From: an uncultured virus (IMG/VR IMGVR_UViG_3300020048_000034)
Lineage: Duplodnaviria > Heunggongvirae > Uroviricota > Caudoviricetes
Strand: one strand, 5' to 3'
Virus record (IMG/VR): IMGVR_UViG_3300020048_000034
Length of the DNA stretch: 64,000 nt
Shown: positions 40,293 through 50,619 of the stretch, one piece after another
How positions within the stretch are numbered: position 1 is the stretch's first letter
Layout of the letters: every line of letters begins with the position of its first letter
Notes under the pieces: model-generated
What the model was told of the DNA's origin: nothing
What the model saw: the letters and a program-made list of their open reading frames with translations, nothing else
Databases searched by the model: none
Position numbers and translations under genes: made by a program

Positions 40293-41930
40293 CTACACAG
40301 TTGTACCAGTAGCATCAACCCAAGCAGAACCATTCCACCAAATTGGTTTACCAAGAGTTATGTCAAAGTACATTAAGCCTGTTTCAGAGGTAGTTGGGCG
40401 ACTAGAAGTATCACCACTATTAGGAGTATGAGTATGAGCAAAATCACTAATTTCTGATTTCACATGTGCATGAGCAAAATCAGAAACATCTGCTTTAACA
40501 TGAGTGTGAGTAAAGTCACTAATTTCAGCCTTTACATGTTCATGTGCGAAGTCAGAGACATCTGCTTTTACATGACCATGACTAAAGTCAGAAACATCAC
40601 TCTTAGTATGAGTATGTGTAAAGTCACTAATTTCGGCTTTTAAATGCTCATGTGCAAAGTCTGTAACCTCGCTCTTCGTATGGTTATGTGTAAAATCAGA
40701 TACATCTGCTTTTACATGTCCATGACTAAAGTCACTGATTTCAGCCTTTAAATGACCATGTGCAAAGTCTGTAACATCACTCTGAGTATGAGTATGTGTA
40801 AAATCAGAAACATCTGCTTTAACATGTCCATGACTAAAATCTGTAACATCACTTTTCGTGTGATTATGTGTAAAATCTGTAACATCGCTCTTAGTATGAT
40901 TATGAGTAAAGTCACTAATTTCAGCCTTTACGTGTTCATGACTAAAGTCAGAAACATCTGCTCTTAAATGACCATGATAAGGAAGATTTACTGAGGGTAA
41001 TAACTTATCCGAATCTAATGGAGCTAATCCATTTGCTACATTCTTTTTAGCGTCAACTGTATCATTAATTGTAGTAACAATATCAGTCTGCATTTGAAGT
41101 AGATCTGTTTTTTGAGTTTCAGATAGTAGTCTAGGATCATTATCACCAACAGCAATTGGGTCAGAAACAGGGGCAATAGATAGTTTTGTAAATCCTGCTG
41201 TAGTTACTGAAGCACTATTAATTTCAGTAATCAATTCATACCATGTTACTCCACCATCATAGCTAAAAGAAAATTTCTCTGTTGCTTCATCCCACTTAAT
41301 GCCTACCCAACCTTCATTACCCCTATTAAACTTCAAAAATAAATCAGAAGCAGGAGTACCTGTAACACCCATACCGATGGTAAATTCTGTTTCATTTGTT
41401 CCAGTTACTTCCGCTTTACCATTAAGTAAGCCTTGAAGATCTTCTACTGAAGCTTTATTTGTTAAAGCAGTTTCTAAACCAGTAATAGCCTCAATTGAGT
41501 GACAATTTATATCTGTTCTATTGGTAAGTTCATTATGAAGAACAAGTTGAGTTCTCAGTTCAATAAGCGGCCTAAAATCAAAAACCATATCTTCTGTAAT
41601 AGCAGTTGTTGTAGATCGAATAAACAAAACAGCTAGTGGAAGATAATTTCTAGGAATCGCTGGTACAGCAGGATCAATAGAGGCTACACCCTCTATAATC
41701 TTAACAATTCCTAAACTATTAAGACAGATAAAAACCCATTTTGAATTAGCAGTAGGGGCTGTAATTATTGGACTAGTTCCTCCAGCGTACTCTACAGCAG
41801 TTGTTCCATTAACTAAAAAAGCAATTGGGTTAATTTTGACAGTCATGTTTGGGACTAGTTGTGCATGGACTCTACCAATTTCAAACAAACCAAACTTACG
41901 AAATTCATCACCTCTTGGTGGAAGATTCAT
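40293..41930 (-). CDS. virion fibre-like protein with 16 HxH repeats
   Basis: 15 x 12-aa HxHxK[AS][DE][VI][ST]DF repeats plus HTH; C-terminal RPT...G.MYFD.TLGKPIWWNG..WVDATG typical of phage tail-fibre ends. Confidence 0.75.
   Translation of the reverse strand: MNLPPRGDEFRKFGLFEIGRVHAQLVPNMTVKINPIAFLVNGTTAVEYAGGTSPIITAPTANSKWVFICLNSLGIVKIIEGVASIDPAVPAIPRNYLPLAVLFIRSTTTAITEDMVFDFRPLIELRTQLVLHNELTNRTDINCHSIEAITGLETALTNKASVEDLQGLLNGKAEVTGTNETEFTIGMGVTGTPASDLFLKFNRGNEGWVGIKWDEATEKFSFSYDGGVTWYELITEINSASVTTAGFTKLSIAPVSDPIAVGDNDPRLLSETQKTDLLQMQTDIVTTINDTVDAKKNVANGLAPLDSDKLLPSVNLPYHGHLRADVSDFSHEHVKAEISDFTHNHTKSDVTDFTHNHTKSDVTDFSHGHVKADVSDFTHTHTQSDVTDFAHGHLKAEISDFSHGHVKADVSDFTHNHTKSEVTDFAHEHLKAEISDFTHTHTKSDVSDFSHGHVKADVSDFAHEHVKAEISDFTHTHVKADVSDFAHAHVKSEISDFAHTHTPNSGDTSSRPTTSETGLMYFDITLGKPIWWNGSAWVDATGTTV
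40428..40976 (-). repeat. 36-bp coding tandem repeat (15 units plus partial)
   Basis: Underlies the HxH repeats; units diverge at synonymous and non-synonymous sites. Confidence 0.9.
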
Positions 41931-42003
41931 TTTATAACTCCTCTTTAAATATTATACATTTATTAAAAAATTTTTATTAATCATAATAGATTTAAATCAA
42001 TTT

Positions 42004-42195
42004 TTATTTATTTTTTCTACAGATCAACCAAACTGCATGAACCATACCTGGAACATACCCTAACAATGTTAACAAAACATTAACAAAGAACTGAAGTGAA
42101 AACCCTTCTTTTAAAAAGGCTCCAACTGGTGGAAATATTAAAGCTATAATAATTCTAAGAAAACTAGGTGGAGTTTCAATTTCTAAATCATCCAT
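42004..42195 (-). CDS. Pmp3/YqaE (UPF0057) family small membrane protein
   Basis: IIIALIFPPVGAF......FFVNVLLTLLGYVPGMVHAVWL. Confidence 0.9.
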   Translation of the reverse strand: MDDLEIETPPSFLRIIIALIFPPVGAFLKEGFSLQFFVNVLLTLLGYVPGMVHAVWLICRKNK

Positions 42196-42268
42196 AATAA
42201 TTCCTTTTTAAACAAATTTTAAAAAAGCTACTAGAACATTAAAGAATCCTAGTAGCTTTTTTAAGTTT

Positions 42269-42631
42269 TTATTTCTTCAATTTTTTAATCTTCTTCATGA
42301 TTACCTGAGCTTTAGCAGTTAATTCATCAACTTCACTTTGAAGATCTTCAATTTCTGAATCATCTGCTTCCGCTTGCATTTTTGCACGGGAAGGAGCAAA
42401 ACCTAGTACTTTAGCAACATTAGATGGTAGCATTACAGTTTTAGTTGGATTAGAGGAACTATTAGCACCATACTTTGAAACTGGTTTAAGACTCATCAGC
42501 ATCTTAGCAAATTTAATATAACCTGATAATTCTTTATTATCATTATTATCCTCAATTTTAGAAACAGCTTCCACTAAATTCTGAAACCAATCTTCAAATT
42601 CTTTTTCGGATTTTTTATCAGCAAATTGCAT
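42269..42631 (-). CDS. hypothetical protein with C-terminal coiled coil
   Basis: AAGGAG RBS before ATG 42631; hairpin at 42222-42261 downstream. Confidence 0.65.
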   Translation of the reverse strand: MQFADKKSEKEFEDWFQNLVEAVSKIEDNNDNKELSGYIKFAKMLMSLKPVSKYGANSSSNPTKTVMLPSNVAKVLGFAPSRAKMQAEADDSEIEDLQSEVDELTAKAQVIMKKIKKLKK

Positions 42632-42644
42632 CTTTTTCTCCTTT

Positions 42645-45600
42645 TTAATGTATTTTATAGTCAAGTGAATCTAATTTGTCATTAAATTCTTCTTCATTGC
42701 TTATTGTTAACCCTAAGTCTTTTTCGATTCTTCTAATCAATTTTTTAGTAATTGATTTATTTTTTTCAAAATGATACCACATACCTACACGCTTTTTAAA
42801 TTCAAACTTCTCTAAAGAAGGATTAGTCTTAACATCAGCTACAAAAAATAACATATTATTTTTAACAAGAGGCATTAACTTAATTATTTTATTATTTTTT
42901 GGTTCATGTATTTGACCAATAAATTCTTTAATATCTCCTCCTGTAAAATTAAATTTTAAAGTATCCTTATTGAAATACTTTAAAGCTTTTAATATTTCAT
43001 CATAATTATCTACAGGAATTTTATATTCTTTTTGAATAGCAAGAATTATTTTTACAGCGTGGCTTTTAGAAGCAATTCTTTTTAACCACATTGGTCCTTG
43101 ATGCAAAAATTTAAGAGTCTTTAATTTTACAGCATCTGGGTCTGGAAGGTCTACAACTAATGTTGGAATACCATTATAAATTGCAAAATCTATATTAATA
43201 GAATTATCTTCTTTTCCACCAGATTCTTCTACTTGAGCAGGTTTACTATCCTCTACCGTTTTTACTTTGCTAATTTTAGTTTTAGGAACATATCCAGGCG
43301 GTACTTCTTCAAGTATTTTTTCTGTAACAGTTTCCTCTATTGATGGAGAAGAACTACGTCTAGGTGTTCTTGTTGTAACAGTGGGAGCATCTTTAACTAA
43401 AGCTCTAGCCATTTTAATTGTTTTTCTAGTTCCATTTTTAAACTTAACTGAGACAGAACTAAAAGATACACTAGTTATTTCTCCAATTCCTAGTTCTTCA
43501 TAAAATTCAGTATAAACTTCTTTACCTTCTAACTTAGATTTAATCTTTGCAATATATTGTTCCTTAAATTCCTCTTTAATATCCTTTTCTTTAATTTTTA
43601 TAGCACCTTCTTCTTCATCCTCTGGTGATTCAATATAGTTTTGGATATTTTCTCTATCTAGATAGTCTGCAATACTAGTATAATCTTCTATTTCAGGTAA
43701 AGGCATACCAATAATCCAAGGAGCTGGTATTAATTCTGTCCCTAATAGATTGTTGGGTCTAGTATGAGTTATAGGGATCCAAGGGTTAGCATTTTTAGTT
43801 TCTAATTTTGCATTATGGATAATTCCTGTTAATTCCTTATAGTATTCTTTATCTCTAATTTCATAAGAATCACCGTTCATACTAACCCAGTCACCATGAA
43901 GTGTATCTACTGTGATTCTAGGTTTAGAAATACCAGGAGCAGGTACATTAATTTCTATACCATCCGAATTCTTTATTGTAGCCATGTGATCTTCTAGATC
44001 AACAGTAATATTATCTAGCACAGAAGCAGTATCTAACTTTTTATAGGTCTGATAACAAAACTTAACAATATCTGCGGAGTGGTTACAAAGCACATAATCT
44101 ATATATACTTTTTTACCAACATTTTTATTTATTAATTCGTTACCAACTTTTTCAATATTAGGTCTAAACATTCTAGCTTTTAACTGAGTTAATTTACCAG
44201 GTGTCCAATCAATATCAGCTAAAATAATTCTGTTGCACATTTGTAGATTATGACCCTCTGTTATATTCTGCACAACACAAAACATAACTTTTTTAGTATG
44301 GTCATTTTTAAACTGCAATAATGCTTCTTTATGAGATGAATCAAAAAAAACAGCTTGATTTCTATATTTAGAATCTTCCATTAATTGTTTTGCAGGAGCA
44401 ATAAAATGTGTTCCTACAATACATTTCATGTTAGCTTGTAAACTTAACCCAATTAATTCATCAATTTTATAAATTTTTGGGGAAACTAAATCTGCTTTAT
44501 TAAGATTAAATTCATTTACATATTGAACAAATTCAGATCTGCTAGGCATAGTTAAAAATTGCTCTAAATTAGTCATTAATCCTAAAACAAACCTATTAGA
44601 AACTATTTTTTCACTTTTAGTTGGGTCTTGTTTGAATTCCTGCCATTTCTTTGCTAATTTAGGATAATTTTTTTCAATATTTTCTTCAGTATCTAATACT
44701 AATTTTTCATAAGCTGCTTTTTGACTCTCACTTAATTCAACTCTATGATAATTAAATTCTATATCTGGTAAATTTACAGCCCAATCTTTTTCAGTGTATT
44801 GAACATGAAAAGTAGTATCATCTAGTCTTTTAAAAACATTTTTACTTGCTTCTGCACTTACAAATTCAGCTTCCTTATATTGATTTAAAATAATACCAAA
44901 ATCTTTAGAAAATTTTTCTTTACTTCCAAAAATTCTAGGATTAAGAAAACCTATTGGTCCACATAAATCCATAATTGTATTAGGTAAAATAGTACCTGTT
45001 GCAATACGTCTATACTTAGTTCCTCTTAAAGCCATACATGCTTTTTGACGAAGACTTTCATTTTTAATATAATGAGCTTCATCTAAGGCAATATAGTCTA
45101 ACTTTAAATATTTCTTTATCCAATCAATATTTGGAAAAGTTATTCCTCCCATGCTATTTTCTTCTTTTCCTAATGTAAGAAAAACATAAGTTGAAAAGAA
45201 TATAGTATTTGGAGGTGAATTTTCCATTAAATGTTCTAACTTTTCTTTACTCCAATTATCACGAGTCTCAGTACTTATAACAACAGAGTTAAAAGTTTTA
45301 CCAGTAAACTCTGTTATTTCACCCATAAATTGACCAATTAAATTATTTGTTGTAATAATCAATGGTTTTTTAACTTCTTTTTTGTACATTAAATTTATGA
45401 TGTCAGTTATGATGAGGAGCGTTTTTCCTCCGCCAGGAGAAACGTTAAAGACTAGTGTTTCACCAGCTTTATCAGTTTTAGAGACTCCCTCTGCTTGATG
45501 AGGCATATAAGCTTTATCAGTAGCTAAATTTGGAATAGGAATTTTATCTGTTCTTTGAGCATTATTAAATGCATATTTTTGATCTATTAATTCTTTTTCA

Positions 45601-46952
45601 AAAATATGTACTTTATCAATATCTTGTCGAACACATTGTATTGTACCAATAATTTTATAGAATGTATAAGGAAGTATTGATTTTCTTTTATATTTACCTT
45701 CATAAACTTTTATACATCTTTTAAGAAATTCTTCAAATTTAGCTGGCGTAATTCTCTCATAGAATTCAGAAAGAGTAATATTTCTAGACGCATTAATGAT
45801 ATTAAAATCATTATGTCTATCTGATTCCTCTTGAAGTTTTACAATATGATCTTTTTCTTGCTGAGTTTTATTTCTTTTAGACGAAAGTTCAGCTATCTGT
45901 TGTTTGTTCCTTGATTCACTATAATTTTTCCACTCTTGAGTATCAGAATCAAACCTTACTTTGGCTGTTCCTTCTTTATTATTTTCCAACAATGTTTTGG
46001 GGGAAATACCATCAGGATCATAAAATAATCCATATAATGATCTTTCTTTCTCTACTCCTCTTTCTAGACGTTTATTTTTTATAAAATGAACGATATCAAC
46101 TTTATCTAAAGCCATATATCCTTCAATTGATATAATTTGTAAATCTCCATTAGAATTTGTCTGGGCAAATACTTCATTTACTGTATCAATGTATAATAGT
46201 TCCCCAGCAAATTTCTTTCCAGAAATAGTAGCTTCTAGAAATTCTTCTCTTTTATCACTTACTCTACCTACTTCTGGTAAATATAAATTATCCAAACCAA
46301 CTTTAACTACACCATGAGGCTGAGGATTATAAGTTATTTCTACTTCTGGGTCATAAAGAGGTAGAATTATACCTTTAACCCACCAACTCTCTTGTATTAT
46401 TGAATTAACAAGATTAATTGCACCTTCGGTTTTAGTTTCAATATTTGGTATAAAGGATAAATCATCTACAGAAAGAGTTAATGTATGTTGAATAATAACT
46501 TGTAAAGCTATACTACCAGAGGATGTTTTTTCCCATTTAATCGAAATATCAAAATTAAAAAATTTATAGGTTTTGTTAAATATAGAAAATATTCCATCTC
46601 TATTCTCAATTGGAGTAACTGCTATATTTAATTTATTTATTACTTTTCCTAAGCTATTTCCGAAAATCTTTCTACTTTCATGAGAATCCTGATCAATTTC
46701 TTCCTCTAAATAGAAATTGATAGGAATATTTTTACAAATATAATTATCTTCTTCTACAATAGTTTCAAATGCTAATTTAGAAGGTTGCCATTTCTTAATA
46801 ATATTTTTAGAAAATGTTTTTTCTAATAAATCTTTACAAGAAGACCATTCCGCTAATAACATAATATTTAATTGTTGTGATTTAGTTTCCTCTTTTGGAG
46901 GCGGAGCTTTCGCAGCATATAATTCAATATTACTCATTAAGTGAGTACTCAT
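42645..46952 (-). CDS. large SNF2-family (SF2) ATPase/translocase
   Basis: PHQ, SPGGGKT (I), LDEAHYIKN (II), ATGTILPN (III), EGHNLQ..N.IILAD..W.P (V), Q..AR.FR (VI). Confidence 0.9.
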   Translation of the reverse strand: MSTHLMSNIELYAAKAPPPKEETKSQQLNIMLLAEWSSCKDLLEKTFSKNIIKKWQPSKLAFETIVEEDNYICKNIPINFYLEEEIDQDSHESRKIFGNSLGKVINKLNIAVTPIENRDGIFSIFNKTYKFFNFDISIKWEKTSSGSIALQVIIQHTLTLSVDDLSFIPNIETKTEGAINLVNSIIQESWWVKGIILPLYDPEVEITYNPQPHGVVKVGLDNLYLPEVGRVSDKREEFLEATISGKKFAGELLYIDTVNEVFAQTNSNGDLQIISIEGYMALDKVDIVHFIKNKRLERGVEKERSLYGLFYDPDGISPKTLLENNKEGTAKVRFDSDTQEWKNYSESRNKQQIAELSSKRNKTQQEKDHIVKLQEESDRHNDFNIINASRNITLSEFYERITPAKFEEFLKRCIKVYEGKYKRKSILPYTFYKIIGTIQCVRQDIDKVHIFEKELIDQKYAFNNAQRTDKIPIPNLATDKAYMPHQAEGVSKTDKAGETLVFNVSPGGGKTLLIITDIINLMYKKEVKKPLIITTNNLIGQFMGEITEFTGKTFNSVVISTETRDNWSKEKLEHLMENSPPNTIFFSTYVFLTLGKEENSMGGITFPNIDWIKKYLKLDYIALDEAHYIKNESLRQKACMALRGTKYRRIATGTILPNTIMDLCGPIGFLNPRIFGSKEKFSKDFGIILNQYKEAEFVSAEASKNVFKRLDDTTFHVQYTEKDWAVNLPDIEFNYHRVELSESQKAAYEKLVLDTEENIEKNYPKLAKKWQEFKQDPTKSEKIVSNRFVLGLMTNLEQFLTMPSRSEFVQYVNEFNLNKADLVSPKIYKIDELIGLSLQANMKCIVGTHFIAPAKQLMEDSKYRNQAVFFDSSHKEALLQFKNDHTKKVMFCVVQNITEGHNLQMCNRIILADIDWTPGKLTQLKARMFRPNIEKVGNELINKNVGKKVYIDYVLCNHSADIVKFCYQTYKKLDTASVLDNITVDLEDHMATIKNSDGIEINVPAPGISKPRITVDTLHGDWVSMNGDSYEIRDKEYYKELTGIIHNAKLETKNANPWIPITHTRPNNLLGTELIPAPWIIGMPLPEIEDYTSIADYLDRENIQNYIESPEDEEEGAIKIKEKDIKEEFKEQYIAKIKSKLEGKEVYTEFYEELGIGEITSVSFSSVSVKFKNGTRKTIKMARALVKDAPTVTTRTPRRSSSPSIEETVTEKILEEVPPGYVPKTKISKVKTVEDSKPAQVEESGGKEDNSINIDFAIYNGIPTLVVDLPDPDAVKLKTLKFLHQGPMWLKRIASKSHAVKIILAIQKEYKIPVDNYDEILKALKYFNKDTLKFNFTGGDIKEFIGQIHEPKNNKIIKLMPLVKNNMLFFVADVKTNPSLEKFEFKKRVGMWYHFEKNKSITKKLIRRIEKDLGLTISNEEEFNDKLDSLDYKIH

Positions 46953-49428
46953 TTTTTAATTCCTCTTCTAGTTCTTCATCTTCTTCTCTTAACAGTCTTT
47001 TTTTATAGAAGAAAGGGTTAAACCAATCATCTGGGTCTTCAGCCGCTTTTTCCCAAGCAAGTGGAATAATTAAATCATGAGCTTTGAAAGCTGCAATTAA
47101 AGCTCGTACTAGTTGATATTTATATTGAGGAGTTGCCTCTCCAGCAATAATGTATTCAATGTAAAACTGTTCCGTAAATTTATCAACTGTTGTTTTATCA
47201 ACATGTTTTATTATTTCAAAAATATCTTTTTGTTCTTGTTCAGTTAATGGAGTATTAAAATCAATATCCCATTCAGGTTTTGAAAAAGGATTATGATGAT
47301 AACTAGCAATTAATCCAACATTAATATCCGCAATTAAATTTTTAAATTCTTCAGTAGCAGCTAGTAAAAGTTTATCTATTGTATCTATTTCAGAATCAGG
47401 TCTAGAAACAATAAATTCTACATGTGCTGGTGTAAAATGCATTACACTAAATACATTTAAACGTTTTTCATTTTTATCATCAGGTGTTATGATAATATCA
47501 GTAATACCATCTGTTAATATGAAATGTTTTTTACCTTTTTTGAAATCTTTTTTAGCTAAAAAATCACTAATAAAAGTTTTTATCTCAGAGTAAGGTTTTA
47601 CTAATTCTACTGGAGTACTTGTTAAAAAAGATATTTGTTTTTTAGTATCACTATAATATACTTTATGAAATTTTTCTTCTAATGCTTTTTTTACAGTTTT
47701 TGTTTTTATCAAATATCTAATAATACTAGCGCTGTTCTTAACAGATTTTTGTCTATTAGACATAAATCTCTTCCGCATATAGGCTCTACTTTTAGAATCT
47801 GTTACTTCTTCTGTACTAGGTTCTGAAGGCTCATTAGACTCTTGTGATGCTTTAGTGAAAGGTTTAATGTTTCTTTTCAAACAAGAGTTTACAAAGATAG
47901 CTACTGCGGCAGCCCATGTTTTTGATTGATCACCTTTTCCACTTTCTAATATAAATTCCCCGTGCTTTTTCCAGAAAGCAGGCCAATGCTTTAAACCTTC
48001 TTTAGAAATATGATTTGGGGGATTATACTGATCGGGGAAAACTTCACTGCTTCCTAATAATGATCTTAAAATAGATTTTTTTATTAGTTGATGAATATGT
48101 CTGGACATCATTATTCCCCCTTTTTTATGAAGTTAAAGACTCTAAAATCTTCTTTTCTAGATTTGGTGAATGTTTTCCAATATATTCCCCAAAAAATCTA
48201 TAAATAGTAGAAATAGCACTTTTAACTTCATTTCTTTCTTTTTGTTTTAGAGTTCCTTTCAAAGAAGATAGTTCTGATTTAATCAATCTCCCTAGTTCTA
48301 ATACTAATTTTTCCATAAAAGGATTTACAACATCACAATAGACATTACTAGCTAACTTTTCATAGTCAACCATATCCATTAATGATTCATCTAAGTCTTT
48401 AACTTGAGTAATTAAATTACTTAATGCATAAGCATTACTCTGAGAAGGTCTGCTTCTATACAGACCTTCTGCAATTGGAATTGAATTAATAACAACTTGT
48501 TGCATTAATTCAATTCTATCCCTCTGAGTAATTGCCTGAGAAAAATCTACTGTTGAATTCCCAATTAATTCATCTGTGGATAAGTAGCTACTCTCTTTTT
48601 TCTCTTTTTTTGGGGTAGGTACTCGTTCCGGATCAGACTCTTTTAACTTATAAACTTTTGCCATTTTCTTTAAATCCCGTTAAACATGTCTTCAATCATT
48701 TTTTCATATTCTTCTGATCGACCATTAGAATATGCCTTTTTTAGATATTCCATTGCTTCATCAGCAGTTGATCCAGCAATATTAATAACTGAAGAGGCTT
48801 TAATAGTATAAACGTTTTTTCCAGTTTTAAATCTAACGTTATCATCAATTACATCAATAATTCTACCTTTTAAAATACTAGGCTCTCCTTTAGAAGAAAG
48901 CTGAAAAGCTTCTGCAAATGCACCTAATTTAATAGCTGGTTTAGGAATAGTATATTTATCTGGATTATAACTAGCCAACATTAATTTATCCATAATAGAT
49001 TCAATAGAAGTATCATTTTTTCTAAAGAAAACACTTTTTCCTTCCATCTCTGTCTTTTCCCAAATTTCATCAACTGTAGAATCTAGATAAGAGCTAGCAC
49101 TAATTTGGATCATAGTATTAGCTGTAATATCCGCAGATTTCATTTTAAAAGGTAATCTATAAGCAATTATAGAAGCATAATTATTATCATTATTTTTGGA
49201 AACTTCTCTATATGATTGAGCATAAGGAGAAAGAGCATAATCTGTAGAAGAATACACAAAAGATGTAACTGATTCTTTCGTTAGTGGTAATGCTGATGAT
49301 ACAAACATTGTTACAGCATGTTTACTTAACGGTTCACAAGCAACTAAACGAACTCCTAATGAAGAATTTTCTTTCTTTTTGTTTAGGTAAAGATCAGTGA
49401 TTCTGTTTAATGATTTCATTTTTTTCAA
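46930..49428 (-). CDS. three hypothetical late-region proteins (46930..48111, 48125..48664, 48670..49428)
   Basis: Long contiguous ORFs; no family recognised. Confidence 0.7.
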
Positions 49429-49450
49429 TCCTTTTTAAATTAAAAATTAT

Positions 49451-49495
49451 AAAGAGTGCCATAAAACGCCGGTGCTTTAGCCCGGTGTAGTTCAC
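49451..49495 (-). mobile_element. 45-bp IS200/IS605-type miniature element (PATE-like)
   Basis: GTGAACTAC-ACCGGGCTAAAGCACCGG-CGTTTTATGGCACTCTTT followed by ATAA; GC-rich in AT context; resembles fused IscB/TnpB element ends. Confidence 0.65.
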
Positions 49496-50613
49496 CTTAT
49501 AATAGGAACACTTAAAGGTATTCCAAGTCTTCTTCTATTAATACCATAATTCATATTAGAATTTACATTTGGATAAGTTAATCCAAGTACAATACCATGC
49601 TGTCTATTAATAAGCTGTTTCTTAAACTCCTTAAACTCATTAGAAAGAAATTCTTGAATTCTAGAAATTTCACTTTCTATATATTGAGTTCTATCAACTG
49701 TTAAAGATAATGGTTGACCGCTATAATCAAAAGCATTATCTCCTTCAGCTAAATATTGAGCTTTTAAAGCTGATAAACATGCTGCTTGTACCCAAGCATA
49801 CTCTGCTGATTGTAAATATGTATAATTAGTAAAATCTATAGATTTCCATTCAGTTATAGGAGAAATTAAATTAATAATATTTAAACCTTGATTTAAATGA
49901 AAAATTAAATCACTATCCCTATAACCTACATACAAATCAATATCCTTGCATACTTTATCCAGATACATTCTCATATCAGACACTTTCATTAAGGATAAAG
50001 TGTCTATGACAGTTATTTTCTGAACATAAACTGATTGTGTTCCTAAGTCAAATGTCCAAACTGCCGCATACTGTTTTCCAATAGATAAAGTATTTGCTGG
50101 AATAGTAACTTCATAAATATATGATTCAGAGTACATTCCATTACCTGTTGGAATACCAGTATATATCAATTTATTTGACTGATCATATACTTTAAACGAT
50201 ATATCGTCTGGTTCTTTAGGTAATGGTATATTCAATAGTAATGGCGAAAATGATAAAGTTATTTTTTGTTGTTCCTTATTAAGAATATCATTGTAAGTTG
50301 GGTGAACAACATCAAAAAATTCAGCAACATGGTACTTTTCATTAGTTACTGATATTAACTCCCATTCTATAACATACTTAGCTACATCCGTAGATATAGC
50401 TGCTGTATCTGGCATAACTATAGAAGCATGATATAGATTATCTAATTTTAGAGTACCTACTCCTCCAGTAACAAAATCTTGATTTATATCCTTAACTACA
50501 TAAAAAGGATAAACTGAAGGATCAATACTAGGTACAGCTATATTATCTTTAAAAAAAGAAGCTGTTACTTCTATATTTTCCCCTAGATATACTGTTCTAG
50601 CTATCACCCTCAT
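49492..50613 (-). CDS. putative virion structural (neck/head-completion-like) protein
   Basis: N-terminal beta-sandwich-like repeats; helical C-terminus with FDYSGQPLSLTVDR; late-region context. Confidence 0.45.
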   Translation of the reverse strand: MRVIARTVYLGENIEVTASFFKDNIAVPSIDPSVYPFYVVKDINQDFVTGGVGTLKLDNLYHASIVMPDTAAISTDVAKYVIEWELISVTNEKYHVAEFFDVVHPTYNDILNKEQQKITLSFSPLLLNIPLPKEPDDISFKVYDQSNKLIYTGIPTGNGMYSESYIYEVTIPANTLSIGKQYAAVWTFDLGTQSVYVQKITVIDTLSLMKVSDMRMYLDKVCKDIDLYVGYRDSDLIFHLNQGLNIINLISPITEWKSIDFTNYTYLQSAEYAWVQAACLSALKAQYLAEGDNAFDYSGQPLSLTVDRTQYIESEISRIQEFLSNEFKEFKKQLINRQHGIVLGLTYPNVNSNMNYGINRRRLGIPLSVPIIR

Positions 50614-50619
50614 TATCTC

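Noticed and set aside
40428..40976. Diversity-generating retroelement template/variable repeats
   Set aside because: Tandem coding repeats without A-specific mismatch bias that I could see; no reverse transcriptase in the window.
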